64,000 bases of DNA, taken from NCBI GenBank assembly GCA_013265495.1, contig MU057724.1, positions 1,255,102-1,319,101 on the forward strand, given 5' to 3'. Each line of letters starts with the position of its first letter. The stretch's first letter is position 1. This DNA comes from Vicugna vicugna (taxonomy: Eukaryota). The position numbers and the translations under genes were made by a program. Shown here piece by piece: positions 39,200 to 52,336 of the stretch. The notes beneath the pieces were generated by a model. It saw only the letters and a program-made list of their open reading frames with translations, searched no databases and was not told the DNA's origin.

Positions 39200-40220
39200 G
39201 AAGAGATGCCCTGCCCTGAAACATTCTGACCCTTATTTGAGTATCTCGAGACCCTTCCTCCGTCCCTGCCTGCAGCAGCATCGCACCTGCTCTAACCCAC
39301 TGCAGACAGGCCTTCGCAAAGTACCAACATGAGCCTCTCACGCCAGGGCCCTGTGCTTCCCAGGGCTCTCCCTGCCCGGGCCAGGTGGCGATGCTGAGCT
39401 GGCGTGCAGGGCCCGCTTCCATCGCAGCCATCGGGCTTCACCTAGTCGCTGCCCTGTGACTTGCTACTTCCCCAGACGCACGTTGTAGCGACGACCACAC
39501 TTCTCTCAAACTGCCATGCTTGTAAGAGGCTGACGTTCGTCTTTGGAGTCCTTCCCTCCTGTCTGAAGGGTGTGCCTTCTCGCCTTTCCCGCATCTAAGC
39601 CATCCATCCCGTGGGACCCGAAACCCTGCAGGGATCTGACCACCTGCTCCCTCGTAATCTGTGAAGGGAGGCGGCACTGAGCCACACCCTTCCTCACCCT
39701 TTATGAACCCCTTTAGCCAGCTGCTTCATTCTCACTCTCCCCGACACAGGTTTGTTTCAGTCCCACATCATCTCATCTTTGGCCAGTTACCCAAACTGGT
39801 CCAACAGGGCCACTCCCTCCCTCCACACGAATCGGACCGTGCAGCCAGTCCTCCGTGGGACGTTCGGCTGCGGGTCCCGTGGACTCTGAGCTGCTCACAC
39901 GAGGCTCACACCCTCCTCCTCGGGCTGGCCTGCCTCTCCGTGGGCTCCCCGCTGCCCTTCGTGGACAGGGGATCCCCGCCGCTGCAGACTTGCACATTTT
40001 GGTCTCTCCACCTCTTCCTCGTGCTGAAAATGCCTGCTCCCTCTGCCTTCACCTGTTCACTCCTCACAAACTGAACATCAATCACATACACCTGCCTTCA
40101 TGTGGTCTAAGAGCAGCAGTGAATCCAAGCATGCACCACTTAACCGAGCGCACAAGAAGTGCATGCATATTCATGGGGATCCTGCTGTGCTGAAAAGTAG
40201 TTATGAATGCTTGGTGTGTG
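39200..40220 (+). mobile_element. Decayed L2 LINE
   Basis: Pyrimidine-rich L2-like text ('ctgaaaatgcctgctccct') ending 'gtgctgaaaagtagttatgaatg'. Confidence 0.4.
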
Positions 40221-40441
40221 GTGTATTTTTCATATAAAGGGAAACTAAATTTGAATTTTAAATGAATAAACCTAGTTTAAAATTCAGCAACACTGGAGAA
40301 TAACTTTTATTGCCAGAAAAGTGATCAGGAATCCTTAGAAAAATATAAGACAATATTGAGCAAAGAGTGGGAAAAAACCCTGCACTCAGAAGTCTAGGTT
40401 ACCCAACTCTAGCCATGCAACTGCTTTCTTTCAGCAAGTGA

Positions 40442-40465
40442 GTGTGTGTGTGTGTGTGTGTGTGT
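40442..40465. repeat. (GT)12 microsatellite
   Basis: Direct reading. Confidence 0.92.
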
Positions 40466-42850
40466 ACAAAGAATTATCATTTAGCCCGGGGACCCTCAAG
40501 GCTACAATAATTGTGGCTAAAGTTTAATGTCTCACAGCACAAAACCGAATTAACATGTAATGCATCTTATTGATTTCAGAGAGCGTACGATCAAACAAGA
40601 TGAAACACATAAGTTTTGGCTTGACAATTTCTGATTATCTTGACCCAAAAATGACATTTTCTGAAAGCTGCAGACACCGCCGCGCACTGCCGCTGCCCCT
40701 CAGTGCTGGGTGACAGACGTTGTCACTGAGCTGCCCCAGACACCGCAGTCGGGACCACATGGCGGTGGTTCATTCGCAAGCTTCTGTGATACGTGAAAGC
40801 GTCTGGGTCCTACCAGTTACTCCATAAATTCTGACTGAATCCGTAAAGGATATTTTGCTCATTTTCTTTTAGGGAAATCGAGGCACAACGAAGTAGCCTC
40901 AGTTGCCAGTGTTCTTATTTATTCTAACAGAGGCAGGAATGGGGCCCAGGCTGCCGTCCTTACGCCCCGTCTGCCTTCCAAGAGGCCACATGGAAGCAAA
41001 GAGCCCGTTCAAATGCTTCGCTCGTATTCCTGAAAGGGTTTCTGACAAACCCGCCAAAAAGTGGAAACATCGTAGACGGTGATGTATGTTGGCAGCTTAG
41101 CCCGGGTTTACGAAAGGTCAGTCTTCAGACTGACTCTGCGTGCAGACGTCGCGGCGCGTGTGACTGCACGGACGGCAGACTGGCTCCGGGGCGCTGGCTT
41201 TAACCAACCGAGGTACCCAGGCGCCGCGACGCATTTACAGCAGAGAGGACGGCGATGTTCAGGACAGACTGCAACTTGCGGTGCATGAAGCAACGGTTGT
41301 GATGACCAGCGAGCAGAGAGAACCGTGTGCGACTAAATGCAGACTGGTTCCCGCACGGAGAGCTGAGCTTCCGTGCACTGCAGATCTCTCGCTCACTCTT
41401 GAATATCAAAATTAAGCTAAGAAATTCAGGTCAAGTTGCAATATTCTTCTTGTGCTTAGCGTATTCTTTTCTTGTCACAAATTCAAAAGAACGTCATTTC
41501 AAAGAGAGGAAGAATAGTTGTCCCTTCTTAGGCTTTTTGTGTATTTTTAAGAGCAAACGAAAAAGAATATTTGAACACTTCCTGTTATCAGTAGAAAGCG
41601 CTTGGTCTGCAGCAGGTTTCTCTGGAGATGTTCATAATGTGGATGCAGGGTGCCCGGACGGGAAAGGTTTGCCTCGCGTCCAGTTCTGAGACCGGACCAG
41701 TCTCGTGGGACGGGAGAGCGAAGCGGCCCCCGTGGTGGTCCTGGGCCAGACACATGCCCCTCGTGTGGGGTCTTTGCTTGTGGAGATGAAATCACGTGTA
41801 GAATCTACAAACCTCTACTCAAAAAACTCAGAAGAGAGAGAAAAACTATTTAATTGGAGAAAAACATATAAATGTATGCCATTTACATCACATTTTGAAT
41901 ACTGAATTAAAGAATTTTTCTATTGCTTCAAAACGGGCTGGGATTTAAATATAATTTGTGCATTTTCTGAAGTATATTGTGTCGCGTCACAGAGTAATTC
42001 TCAAACATGAGGATTTGGCTACTTTTCATTCATTTGGGGTTTTCTTTAAATCTATTCCTCTCCATTAAGCTTATATCGAAACATGCAAGAGCCTGATACA
42101 GGAAAAAAAGTGAACAATTAGAGCTGTAGGAAGCTGCTTTAAATTCTACAGCACTTTTGTCAATGGCTCCATTTAATTTTCTCTAACAACAACAAAAACA
42201 GCAAAATCTCAGTGGAGGATTATAGAGACACTTAGGCCGACTGCTGCATTTTAAGTCAAGCGTGGTGGTCGTGCACCACACGCACGTAAACTTCAAATGT
42301 GAGTATTCAGAGCAGGTGAGGAGCTATGAACCTCTTGTCCCAAACCGCTTGAGAAGGTGGGTAACAGCTGGTTCCACAGCTGACAACATGCTCCAGCTCC
42401 TGACGTCACGTGGTATGATGCCCAGTCTCTGGGTGTGTGGCTTTTGTGTGTCCATTCTGTGACATCAGAAAATGCACTGAAAAATGGCAAGAGGAGGCGA
42501 TGGTACCCAAAACGATAAACACCAACATGTGATTCCATGGCACGCGGGGAAAGAAGCCCCGTCAATGTCTTAGCTGTTTTCCACTTACGTAACGTACATT
42601 TGACATCTCAGAGGTTTTCCAGATCCATCTGAATCTCAGAATGCTTTCTCGTACCTCAGAATCGTGTGTTGCCTGCATTCATCCTGAGGGCTCCTTTTAA
42701 AAACATATTTTTATGAGAAGTAAGCAAATATGAATTTGAAGCTGCATTTATACTGTTTGAAAGAAGAGCTTTCGAACAGATAACTATTTCAAGTTGCTAA
42801 GAGACAAGCGAGATGATGCTTCGGTCTAATTTGTTGTGACATCTCCGCAG

Positions 42851-42980
42851 GCAGAACGCTTTTCAAGTCACGGCAGTGGACGGGGTCTGCAGCGGAACCC
42901 TCCAGTGCCTCTCGGCTGAAGACTGCAGTGAGTGGCTGCAAGCAATAGCGACGAACATCTCCAACCTCACAAAGCACAAT
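42851..42980 (+). CDS. SNTG1: SNTG1 coding exon (130 nt): QNAFQVTAVDGVCSGTLQCLSAEDCSEWLQAIATNISNLTKHN
   Basis: atctccgcag acceptor, gtgagt donor; phase 2-0; overlaps ORF 42876..43154. Confidence 0.96.
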
Positions 42981-44049
42981 GTGAGTAGTGATTGCAGAAC
43001 ACCTGCCAGGGTTTACCAGCCTTGGTGGATTTCTTCGTATAATACGGATGTAACTTTGCATCAACTGCATGGTATTTGTCTAAGAATGGGCCACTGCACA
43101 TCCATCGTAAAAGCCATTGTAGATACTGGTTTGAAGAAAATCACTCTGTCCTGAGAGTCTTAGTCCAGTGTATCAGCCCAAGAGTGCTTTTGCATCTAAG
43201 CTTCACAAACATTGCAGTGTTGACATTAGTTAAACGACTGGAAGTAGACATTTGGCATGTGATCACTAAAGCATCTGTCTGTCTGCCTGTCCGCTCGAGA
43301 GATTAGCCTGCATAAAAATAAATTAGAAATGCATGTAAAGTAAGTTTAAAAGTAAAAGAGGATCATGCTATAGAGATGAGGTCAAATAACTAGAAGGAAA
43401 AGAGGAATATTAAAGTAATAGTATTTTAGGAACACTTAAATAATGAATCATGTTTTAGTGTATGGACCGTTGGAGGATGGGTGCAGGAGGAACTTAGAGG
43501 GAAAAAAACAAAAAAAGAGAAGACAACAGCTGCAATCACTGAAGCAACGTGCTGGCCGTTGTCTGTTCCCTTTGCTCGCCGATTCCCAGCAGCAATAATT
43601 GTGTGAAATAGGGAGATTTTCATAGTGTTTTATGTGGAAATTCCTTGTAATTATGTTGCTCAATGAATTTTTTTCCAGAAGGTTATTGAATATAAAGTGA
43701 GAAAGATTTAGACAAAATGATTTTAATTTTACTTTACCATTATTCAAGGTGGCTCTGAAATAATTACGTGCATTTGGTAAACATGTCTAGTGGAAGATGG
43801 TGCTTCTGGGAGATGTGTCTCAAAGCTGGGCTTCACGGAAGCACGTTCCTTTTCCTCAAGTTATATGCTTTCCCTGCAGAGAGGGAGGGTGACCGAGGCT
43901 GGGGCTTCCTGGAATGGGTTCCAGCTAAGCCGAAACCGGTTCCCATTGGTCGTGTGCTGTTATTTTGGGTGAAGTGGATTTGAACAGATTTGTGAAGGTA
44001 GAATTCAAGAGTTGTGAAAAACAGTGCTTGCTTCAGGTTAATCCTCTAA

Positions 44050-45310
44050 TTCAGCTACACACACACACACACACACACACGTATATTCTTTTTCACTTTC
44101 TTTTTCATTAGAGGTTATTATAAGATGTTGAACGTAGCTCCCTGTGCTGCACAGAAGAGACTTGTTTGTCTATTTCATACTTGGTAGGTAGCATCTGCGA
44201 ACCTCCCACCCCCAGCGTATCCCTCCCCGCTCCCCTTCCCCTGGTTACAAGTTTGTTCTTTGTGTCTGTGAGTCTCTCTCTATTTTGTAAATATGTTCAT
44301 TTGTGTCTTTCCCTCTTTTTTTCCTTTTTGGATTCCACGTATGAGTGATACCATGTGGTATTTTTCTTCCTCTTTCTGACTTGCTTCACTTAGTATGACA
44401 ATCTCCAGGTCCATCCGTGTTGATGCAAGTGGCATTATTTTATACTTTTTATGGCTGAGTAGTATTCCATTGTAAATATATATCACAGCTTCTTCATCCG
44501 ATTATCCATTGATGGACATTTAGGCTATCTCCATGTCTTGGCTATTGTAAATAGTGCTGCTATGAACTTGGGGTGCAGGTGACTTTTCAAATTAGAGTTC
44601 CTTCTGGATAGATGCCCAGGAATGAGACTGCTGGGTCACATGGTTAAGTCTATTTTTAGTTTTTTAAGGAACCTCCATACTGATTTCTATAACAGCTGCA
44701 CCAACCTGCATTCCCCCCAGCACTGCAGGAGGCTCCCTTTCTCCACAGCCTCTCCAGCATTTGTCGTCTGTGCGCTTTTTAGTGATGACCATTCTGGCTG
44801 GTGTGAGGTGACACCTCATTGTAGTTTTGATTTGCATTTCTCTGATAATTAGTGATGCTGAGCACTTTCTCATGTGCCTGCTGGCCGTGGTATGTCTTCA
44901 CTGGAGAACTGTTTGTTCAGGTCTGCTGCCCGTTTTGGGTGGGGCTGTTTGCTCTTTGCTGTTGAGCTGTGCGAGCTGTTTGCATGTTCTGGAGGTCAAG
45001 CCCTTGTCAGGCTCATCATTTGCAGGTGTTTTCTCCCAGTCCATAGGTGGCCTTTTTGTTTTGCTTATGGTTTACTCTGCTGTGCAAAACTTATCGGTTT
45101 AATTAGGTCCCATTTATTTTTCTTTTATTTCTGTTTCCCGGGTGGACTGCCCTAGGAGAGCACTGCTGACACTTACGTCACAGAATGTTTTGCCTGTGTT
45201 TTCTTCCAGGAGGTTTATATAGTGTCTTGACTTATTTTAAGTTAATTTTTTTGTGTGATGTGAGGAAGTGTTCTAATTTCACTGATTTCTATGCAGCTGT
45301 CCAGCTTTCT
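44050..45310 (-). mobile_element. Lineage-specific L1, 3' ~1.25 kb, antisense
   Basis: ORF 44664..44873 [33 protein letters not shown]...KCWRGCGE and 44280..44486 KIMPLASTRMDLEIVILSEASQ are L1 ORF2p C-terminal remnants. Confidence 0.92.
44057..44080. repeat. (AC)12 microsatellite at L1 3' end
   Basis: Direct reading. Confidence 0.92.
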
Positions 45311-45569
45311 TGAAGGGTATTTTTGTAAGGAAAGAAAAATGATTCCAGATCCAGGCTTAGGATGTGGGAAGGAAGGGCAGTGATAGGCCTGTGAGTTAAT
45401 CTATATACACTTTTTTTGTATCTAAACCATTTTAAAATAAAGGGTTTACTGTAAAAGATGCATAAGGATGTGTATATACATTAACATGAACACGTGTACT
45501 TCCATCATTGTTACATGTATGTACACTGATCCCAGATACTAACGTATTTTCAGGATAACTGTCAGCTCC

Positions 45570-45900
45570 CTGATTTATTCAGCCATCGTTTCATTTAGTA
45601 AATACTTTGGAGGGCCTACAGTTTGATAGGTATTAGGGCTGTAATGAACAAAAATGGTCTTTGCCCTCATGGAGCACATAGTCTAGTGGGGAGGGGAGGT
45701 ATTAATTTAACAAGCACACAGGGAAATGTGCAATTGCAGCTGTCATAGGTCACACAGAGAAATGCTTTGAGAGGCTGAGTGTGCACCCCTCAGAGAGGTG
45801 AGGGCCGCTCCCTGAAGTCGGCGGACGAACAATGAAAAAGGGCAAAGTAGGTGAACTGGCGGCAAAGGCATTTTATGCAGAGTGACAGGGCGTCGCCACG
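45570..45900 (-). mobile_element. L2 LINE 3' fragment
   Basis: 'tcatttagtaaatactttggagggcctac...ctttgccctcatggagcacatagtctagtgggga'. Confidence 0.65.
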
Positions 45901-47368
45901 CAAGAGCGAGGCTGTAGAGTGAGGCACACACATGAACTCACCTAATACGGAGACTGTCACTGGTCCTGGGCAAAATGAAATAGTTTAGACCAAAATAAGT
46001 GAGTTTTTCATAAATCTCAATTACTTTTTGGGAACAGGTTGTCAGTTTGAAACATGTCTTCCTATGTCTGTGGTTTCAAATGTCCGTTTTTTTTCAAAAT
46101 GATGACTATCGCAGGTAAGACTTGTCTTAACTAAAATCGGTGTTTAATAAAGTAAGAGACTGTTTGCCTACGACATCCCAGCGAACTGTCAGAAGTTTAA
46201 TGCTCCTGGAAACGCGTGTCTCCGAGTTGCTGAGCCAGAGCCTTGCCAGACAGGGCAGTATAGATATGTCCCTAAAACAACTGGGCACCTGAGGTCACTG
46301 AACGCCAGGGCGGCGGAACCTGTGACGTCACCAGCAGAATACAAATCCTTAAGGGGAGGTTCGATTTTGGAACGTCCCCAGGATCAACTCCTCAAGTCTC
46401 TCCAAGGCTGACCTCACCGTAACTTGAAAATGTTCGTGGTATTAACGGTCTCTGTCACAGCGCTATTCACACGCACACGCACACACACAGTGTGGCAGGG
46501 AACACAGAGTGTAATCGAAGACTAAGGTAGTGGAAGAGACCAAGGGCTGCGAGCCTGAGTGGGGCGGGCACACGGCAGCGCTGGGGAAGGGGTCTGTAGG
46601 CACTAAGCCGGAGCTGGGAGGGCAGCCCCGAGCGCTCGCTGTCTGGTCACAGGGGTTCACGCCGATGCGCTGGCCAAGCCGTCCCTGCCGCGTGGAGGGA
46701 GCCAGGCTTTGGGGTCCACAGACGCGTAGGTCGGGGCTTCGTGAGCCCCTTCAGAAGCAGACCGTAGGTTAGCTTCCGTCCCTGCGAGGGCTCAGTGAGA
46801 GACTTCCGACCCGCCGGCCCTGAAAGCCCGCTGAGACGTCGGCGCTTCTCTTCTCTGCAGTTTCCCTCTAGATTAAATGATTGGATCCCTGAGCCGCTGG
46901 CAAATGCAGCATCGATTTGCTCACTGCACGTGAGGGTGCAGTCTTGGCTTTGTCCCGTTGTCTCTGAGATTCTTCCTCTTCTGAGAGATGGTTGTTTGGA
47001 TAACAGAATGTTGGTAAAACTGGACAAAATGAGTTAAATAAATGTCCAGTGGTGACTAGACCATTAGGCAGCTCTGATTTGTCAAGCCAGAGATCTGCAC
47101 ACAGTCCCTCGTCTTTAAAAGAGACAGAGGAACAGGTAAAAAGCAGAGCTCTCTTTCAGCCACATTTCATGGGTCTGCCCTTTCCCATCGTTCTCTACCG
47201 CTGCAGCGCTAAGATAAACCCTGACCAATACACAGAGAATTTCATGTGCCACTTCTCCCAAGGTTACCTACTAACATAAAAGAATCTCCTCTGGTCTAAA
47301 TTCTTCCATATTTGTCCTATGCACGCATTTCCTTTATTGGAATGGAATATGTTGCTTGAAATGTATCA

Positions 47369-47370
<2 letters not shown>

Positions 47371-47399
<29 letters not shown>
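47371..47399. repeat. (TG)14 microsatellite
   Basis: Direct reading. Confidence 0.92.
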
Positions 47400-47402
<3 letters not shown>

Positions 47403-47649
47403 CAGACAGATAGATATGAATATATATAATATGCTTCTATTCTAAAAGGTTCATTGAGAACTAGTATGATCTTAAATGAAAGTGTATGATTGCATATGTG
47501 GGATTTTCAAGACGTACAATTCATATTATGTGAAAAGATTAGACTCTCTCCCTCAAATGTATCAGTTGTGAATGCTTTCAGTAACAAATTAGAGACACCC
47601 TGAGTGCTGATGGAGTAAATAGTTGAGTTTTTTCCCCACATGAAAATAA

Positions 47650-48090
47650 TTGTGGATGGTGCCATTTGCTGGAAGCCACCATCTACCCAGAACCCATCCC
47701 CTGTCTGCACGCATTATCGCTACTGTTATCCACTACCCTTAGAGTACTGGCTTTTACCTTATGTTTGCCACCTCATAGTCACACAAAGGCTGCAGCAGTT
47801 CCAAACATCACTTCAGTGTTCAGAACAGGAAAGAAAGGGAAGCAGGTGTAAGTAGCACCAGCCACATGTCTCCCCTTTTATCAAGATAAGACAAAAATTC
47901 CCAGAATCCCTTTACTGGACTAATACTGCTCGCTTTCCTCTTGAACTCAGCCCGTGACAGTCCGGGGGGGTGAGTGGCTGGGCGGTGGCATGGCTAGTCT
48001 CTACTTTTTCTAGCATTTATGGTGAGATGTCACCAAGAAAAGAAGTGTGCATGGCTTTTGAGTCAGACGACCAACAATATCTACTGCATT
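47650..48090 (-). mobile_element. Old MaLR LTR (MLT1J/K/L-like) fragment
   Basis: 'cctcatagtcacacaaaggctgcagcagttccaaacatcac...cccttttatcaag...ttcccagaatccc'. Confidence 0.45.
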
Positions 48091-51000
48091 GCTTAATACT
48101 AAAAGCATATAAATTCTCAAGATAACGCATGAACAGCCGATACCCCTCTGATTTCTGTGGGACGATCGCAGCCCTCAGGACTCACGCACACTCAGTTCAC
48201 CAGCCATTCGAGCCCATCAGGATGTAGTTCACCCGTCTGCCTACATTTTACCCATTTACTTGCAGGAGCAAAAAAAACTTATTTGGGAGTCATACATAAT
48301 CCACAGAGAGCTGCTGTACTGAATGGCAAACACTTGCAACTTGAAAAGAAAGGGAATATTTTTCCCATAATACCGTGGGGTGTGAAAAGCTGAAGGAAAA
48401 ACTTTTATCACGTCTTCCGCATTCAAAGGACTCAACGAAGCTCGTAGGTGAATTGAAAGTCATGACAAAATAAAGCCTAGAAGAAAGCAGATTTACCGAA
48501 AAGGAACTCGAGTCTGTGATCAGAGCTTCTGGAGTGCGGTTCTGACCGGCATGGGCGCCACCGAAGGCGACTTTCCTCCCTTTACGGCTGCTGACGTTTC
48601 TGTGCCCTTAGATGCACTTTTCTGTGCTAGCACGTCGTTTTCTGCACTGTTTCTCCTCACAGACCAAAACAGGAGCGCCAGGCTCGCCGGTGGCAGCCGG
48701 AACTGGTTACAGGGCGGTCGAGCCGCGGCAGCCAGGAAGCCGAAGCAGAGGAAGCGCGAGGGCCAGCCGGGCCTGTGCTGCGCGCGTATTCTTTGCCGTC
48801 ACGTCTTCGCTCTCTACGTGATTGACTTGGCGTATCTCGTCAGGAGGAGTTTCGGTGCAGTAACTAACCTGCTTTGGCTCTCAGGAAACTCCTCACCGGA
48901 AGTCAAGGTTGACATTGGAAAATAGTAGCTGATTCTTATTTGCACAACCCAGAGCATCTGCTTGGAGGTTAACTGAACAGTGCGATCGTGATCAGATGGG
49001 CAGTTTCACTGGACGCGGTGCTGTGCCCGCCTTGGTGCAGTCGCCCCCGGCCCCCAGCCCCTCCCCCCGGGCCTGATGCTTCTGCCTCTCTTCCCGGCCA
49101 TAGCGTCCCCAGCTCCTGGCAGCTCAGGCCTCGGAGCTGCAGACGCAGCGCCCGCACACACCGCCCCTTCCGCCACCGCTCCCACCTCGGGCTGGATTCG
49201 GCAGGGCTCCGTCATGCCCCCAGCCCCAGGGCTGACCCCGCCGGGCCCGCCCCCCAGCTGCTCCCAGACTAACGCCACTCAGGAGGACCAGGGGGTGATT
49301 ACGCCCCACGGGACCTGCACTGTCCGGTGGAAGTCAAGGGCCGGAAAGAAGCAAGCTGTAGGTGGCCGCCGTCCCTCGGCAGACGGACCGCTGGGAAGCA
49401 CAGTGTCCACGTGACGCTCTGAAGGCGTCGCTCCCTGGTGACAAACCCACGGTCACCGGCTGAGAGACCATGGCCACTGCCCCCTGGTGGACGCCTGCCT
49501 TCTGCTGCCCGGCCTCACGTCCATTTGCCTGTGACTCTTGCTTCCATAGGGTTGAACATGCTCGCTCAAGAGCAGTTTAACCCTTGTGGCTCTTCCTCAG
49601 GCTCTGTTTCTGAAGAAGTGAGTCCAAGGAAACACCTTTGACCTCCAGATGCCAAGCCTTCCGGGCTCACCTGGTAGCAGGCTTGCGTGGAAAGGAAGGT
49701 GTCCACGAACATTTTGAGCTTGTGGCCCCTCGATTCAGTGTTTCTTGGACTCCCCTCCTCTTAAGACGGAGCTTCAGAGCTGAGCACCGGCGAGCAGAGG
49801 CAGCCACAGACCCAGAGTCCTGTCTGAGTCCTCAGCTGTGAGGCCTGTGCGTCCCCCTCGCCAGGACTGCTGACGGGTCATCTGGCAATGGTCAAACCTA
49901 TTTCCTTCACCTTTGACCACTCCCGGCAGATAAAGAACATCTCATCACATCCATCACTTCCTGAAACCCAGGGCTCCCACGCTGCCCGCGCAAGGACCCC
50001 TCCTCCCTCTCCGCACGCATTGTTACCTGCTGTACCACGCGTGCCAAAGGCCCAGAATTACCTGTCACCTATGCCAGACGATTCTGCGCATAGGAATCTG
50101 GTATCCTTGGCATTCACTTGGTGTCCAACCCACAGTCACGTCTGGCGTCTAGTGAGTTCGTGGGAGAACAAATGGCGTCAGCTTTGAGTGAAGAAACAGA
50201 CATTTGTAAATGGCTGCAACCTAGTTCAGCTTTCGGGCGGCTCATTCACCATGAAGATGTGTGTGTGTGTGTATACTATGTGTGAAAAGTGTCATACATG
50301 TGTTCTAATCTTAAAAACGATGATAGGTAAAATTTTAAAATTCTTGGACTAGAAAATAAAGTTTAAGACAGTGCCTTTAATCATCTCAAAATATCGATGT
50401 ACTGTTAGCAGACAGGCTTTTGAAAGCAACATGGCGTGCTTTTGAAGTTGCACCTACAGGCATGGGGAACAACCAAGGTAGCAAGGGCAGAGAGTCCAGG
50501 TTCAGGGGAAAATGGGTGAAAAAAATGAGCTGAAATGGGGGCTCCTGCGGCAAAGATCATTTCTGATTCTTCCCTTCCCTGGTCAAGGCAGAGTCTGAGC
50601 AGCCGCAGGACTGGTGCGCGGCGGCGGCAGCCCACACACCAGCGCCGTGTATCCCCGGGAGGGCCTGTGCCTGCAGGGTGAAGCTGTCTCCAGGCCCTCA
50701 CACGTCTGCTGGCTGGTATTAGCCACAGACCTGTAGGGGAGCTGGACGGTGGGTTCTTGCTTCCATAGGATTTATTTGCTTGGACAAATCTTCACAATTA
50801 ATTTTTCCTGGGAAAATACACCTTGTAAGCAATGTGCATCCGGGGAACACACCTCCCCAGCCGTCAAAGCCGACGTGTACATGAGGGTTAAACAGCAAAG
50901 AGTAACAGAATTAAGACACAGGTTTTAAATGTAAGCTTTTCACTTACCTGTAAACCTTTAATTGGAAAAAAAAATCCCTAAACATTTGAAGTGGGAGGAG

Positions 51001-52202
51001 GAAAAACTGTGTAAAGGACTATTTAAATGTCCTGTTGCATCTCCCTTTGTCTAAAGAGAATGTCGGGGGAGGATACTTCTGCTTTCATTGCTGGGCACAA
51101 CTGGTGATGCTGAAATTGAATATAGGAAATTAAGGAATTAAAAAATTAGAGTGATATTTAAAGCAGATGGGCACTCTAGTGACTTCAAATTTTATTTTTA
51201 ATAAATCAAGTCCAAGCAGTTCTTTATTAGAACCAGTCATGTAATTATTCTTATCTCAATTTAACATATCTGCAATAACTAACTTCCTTTAAGGGTTTCC
51301 ATCATTAATATTCAATTAAATGCTTTCAAAGAAAAAAAGGGACACATTATCATTTCCCCCGGCGTTCAGACATCAGACAAGGTCTATATTGTTACTTAAA
51401 ATACAGTTCATGCTGTTTAAGTAGATGTTCACTTTTGATGTTGGGTAAAATTGTAAAGTGGTAGAATTATCATTATTTTTTCAGTTCTTTAGTGTAAGAA
51501 ATATTAGCTGAAAGGTTTTGTGATGTAAGCTTTCTTTGCCTTTACATGTACCCCTCGATTTTTAAGCAAAATCACAAACTTTAAGTTTAAAGTTCTAATG
51601 AAGAGTCTCTAATGAAAAACCTACTGAATTTAAACTAAAATTTTATAACGCAGCAATAAATTCATATTGCTATGTGGTTTTAAATATTTGTTTCTTTAAA
51701 TAAGACTTCATCAGTACAAAGATTCCCATAAGAAAAAGAGAGGCACTAATGTAGTAAAATAAGATGGGAAAACAAAATAAAGGGTGAAGATGTTTGACAA
51801 AATAAGAGGCAGCTTTTTCTCAATGTGATTAAACATCTATAAAAATATGTAGATGAGATGCAGCAAGAACTATTTTTAGTAATAAATTTTAGGATCTTGA
51901 AAATAACTTTCTTTTCTATTCCATTTCATCCACAATGTGAAGATTCTTCTCACATTGGGTTTCCAATTTGTTCTTTCCCTTAAAAATTATTTAAAATTCT
52001 CCTTCTGCAAGAGTGTGTCTCCAGTACTTAACTTTCACATCTCTTGGGCATATTGTTTCCTACAGATTCAGACCCTAAGCCCTATTTGCCATTTGAGGTA
52101 ATAGACCTGGTAAAAAGATATGTTTTAAAATTTGTGCTATCATAGTATTTTTAAATTTTAATTATTTATTGAAGTGCAGAAGAGGATAAAAATGAAAATG
52201 TA

Positions 52203-52336
52203 GGGGGGAGGGTACAGCTCAGTGGTAGAGTGCACGCTTAGCATACACAAGGTCCTGGATTCGATCCCCAGCACTCCCTCTAGAAATAAATAAATAAACC
52301 CAATCACCTCCACCCCCCAAAAAACAAATAAAGAAA
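52203..52336 (+). mobile_element. tRNA-derived SINE (camelid vic-1-like), full length
   Basis: ggggggagggtacagctcagtggtagagtg...ggtcctggattcgatcccca (A/B boxes), aaat-rich tail; TSD gaaaatgta at 52194-52202 and 52337-52345. Confidence 0.88.

Noticed and set aside
44280..44873. ORFs with L1 ORF2p similarity
   Set aside because: Fragmented, 5'-truncated L1; not a gene
52203..52275. tRNA-like sequence (also 13570-13651 and 56034-56105)
   Set aside because: Has a SINE tail and TSD and no clean cloverleaf; a SINE rather than a tRNA gene
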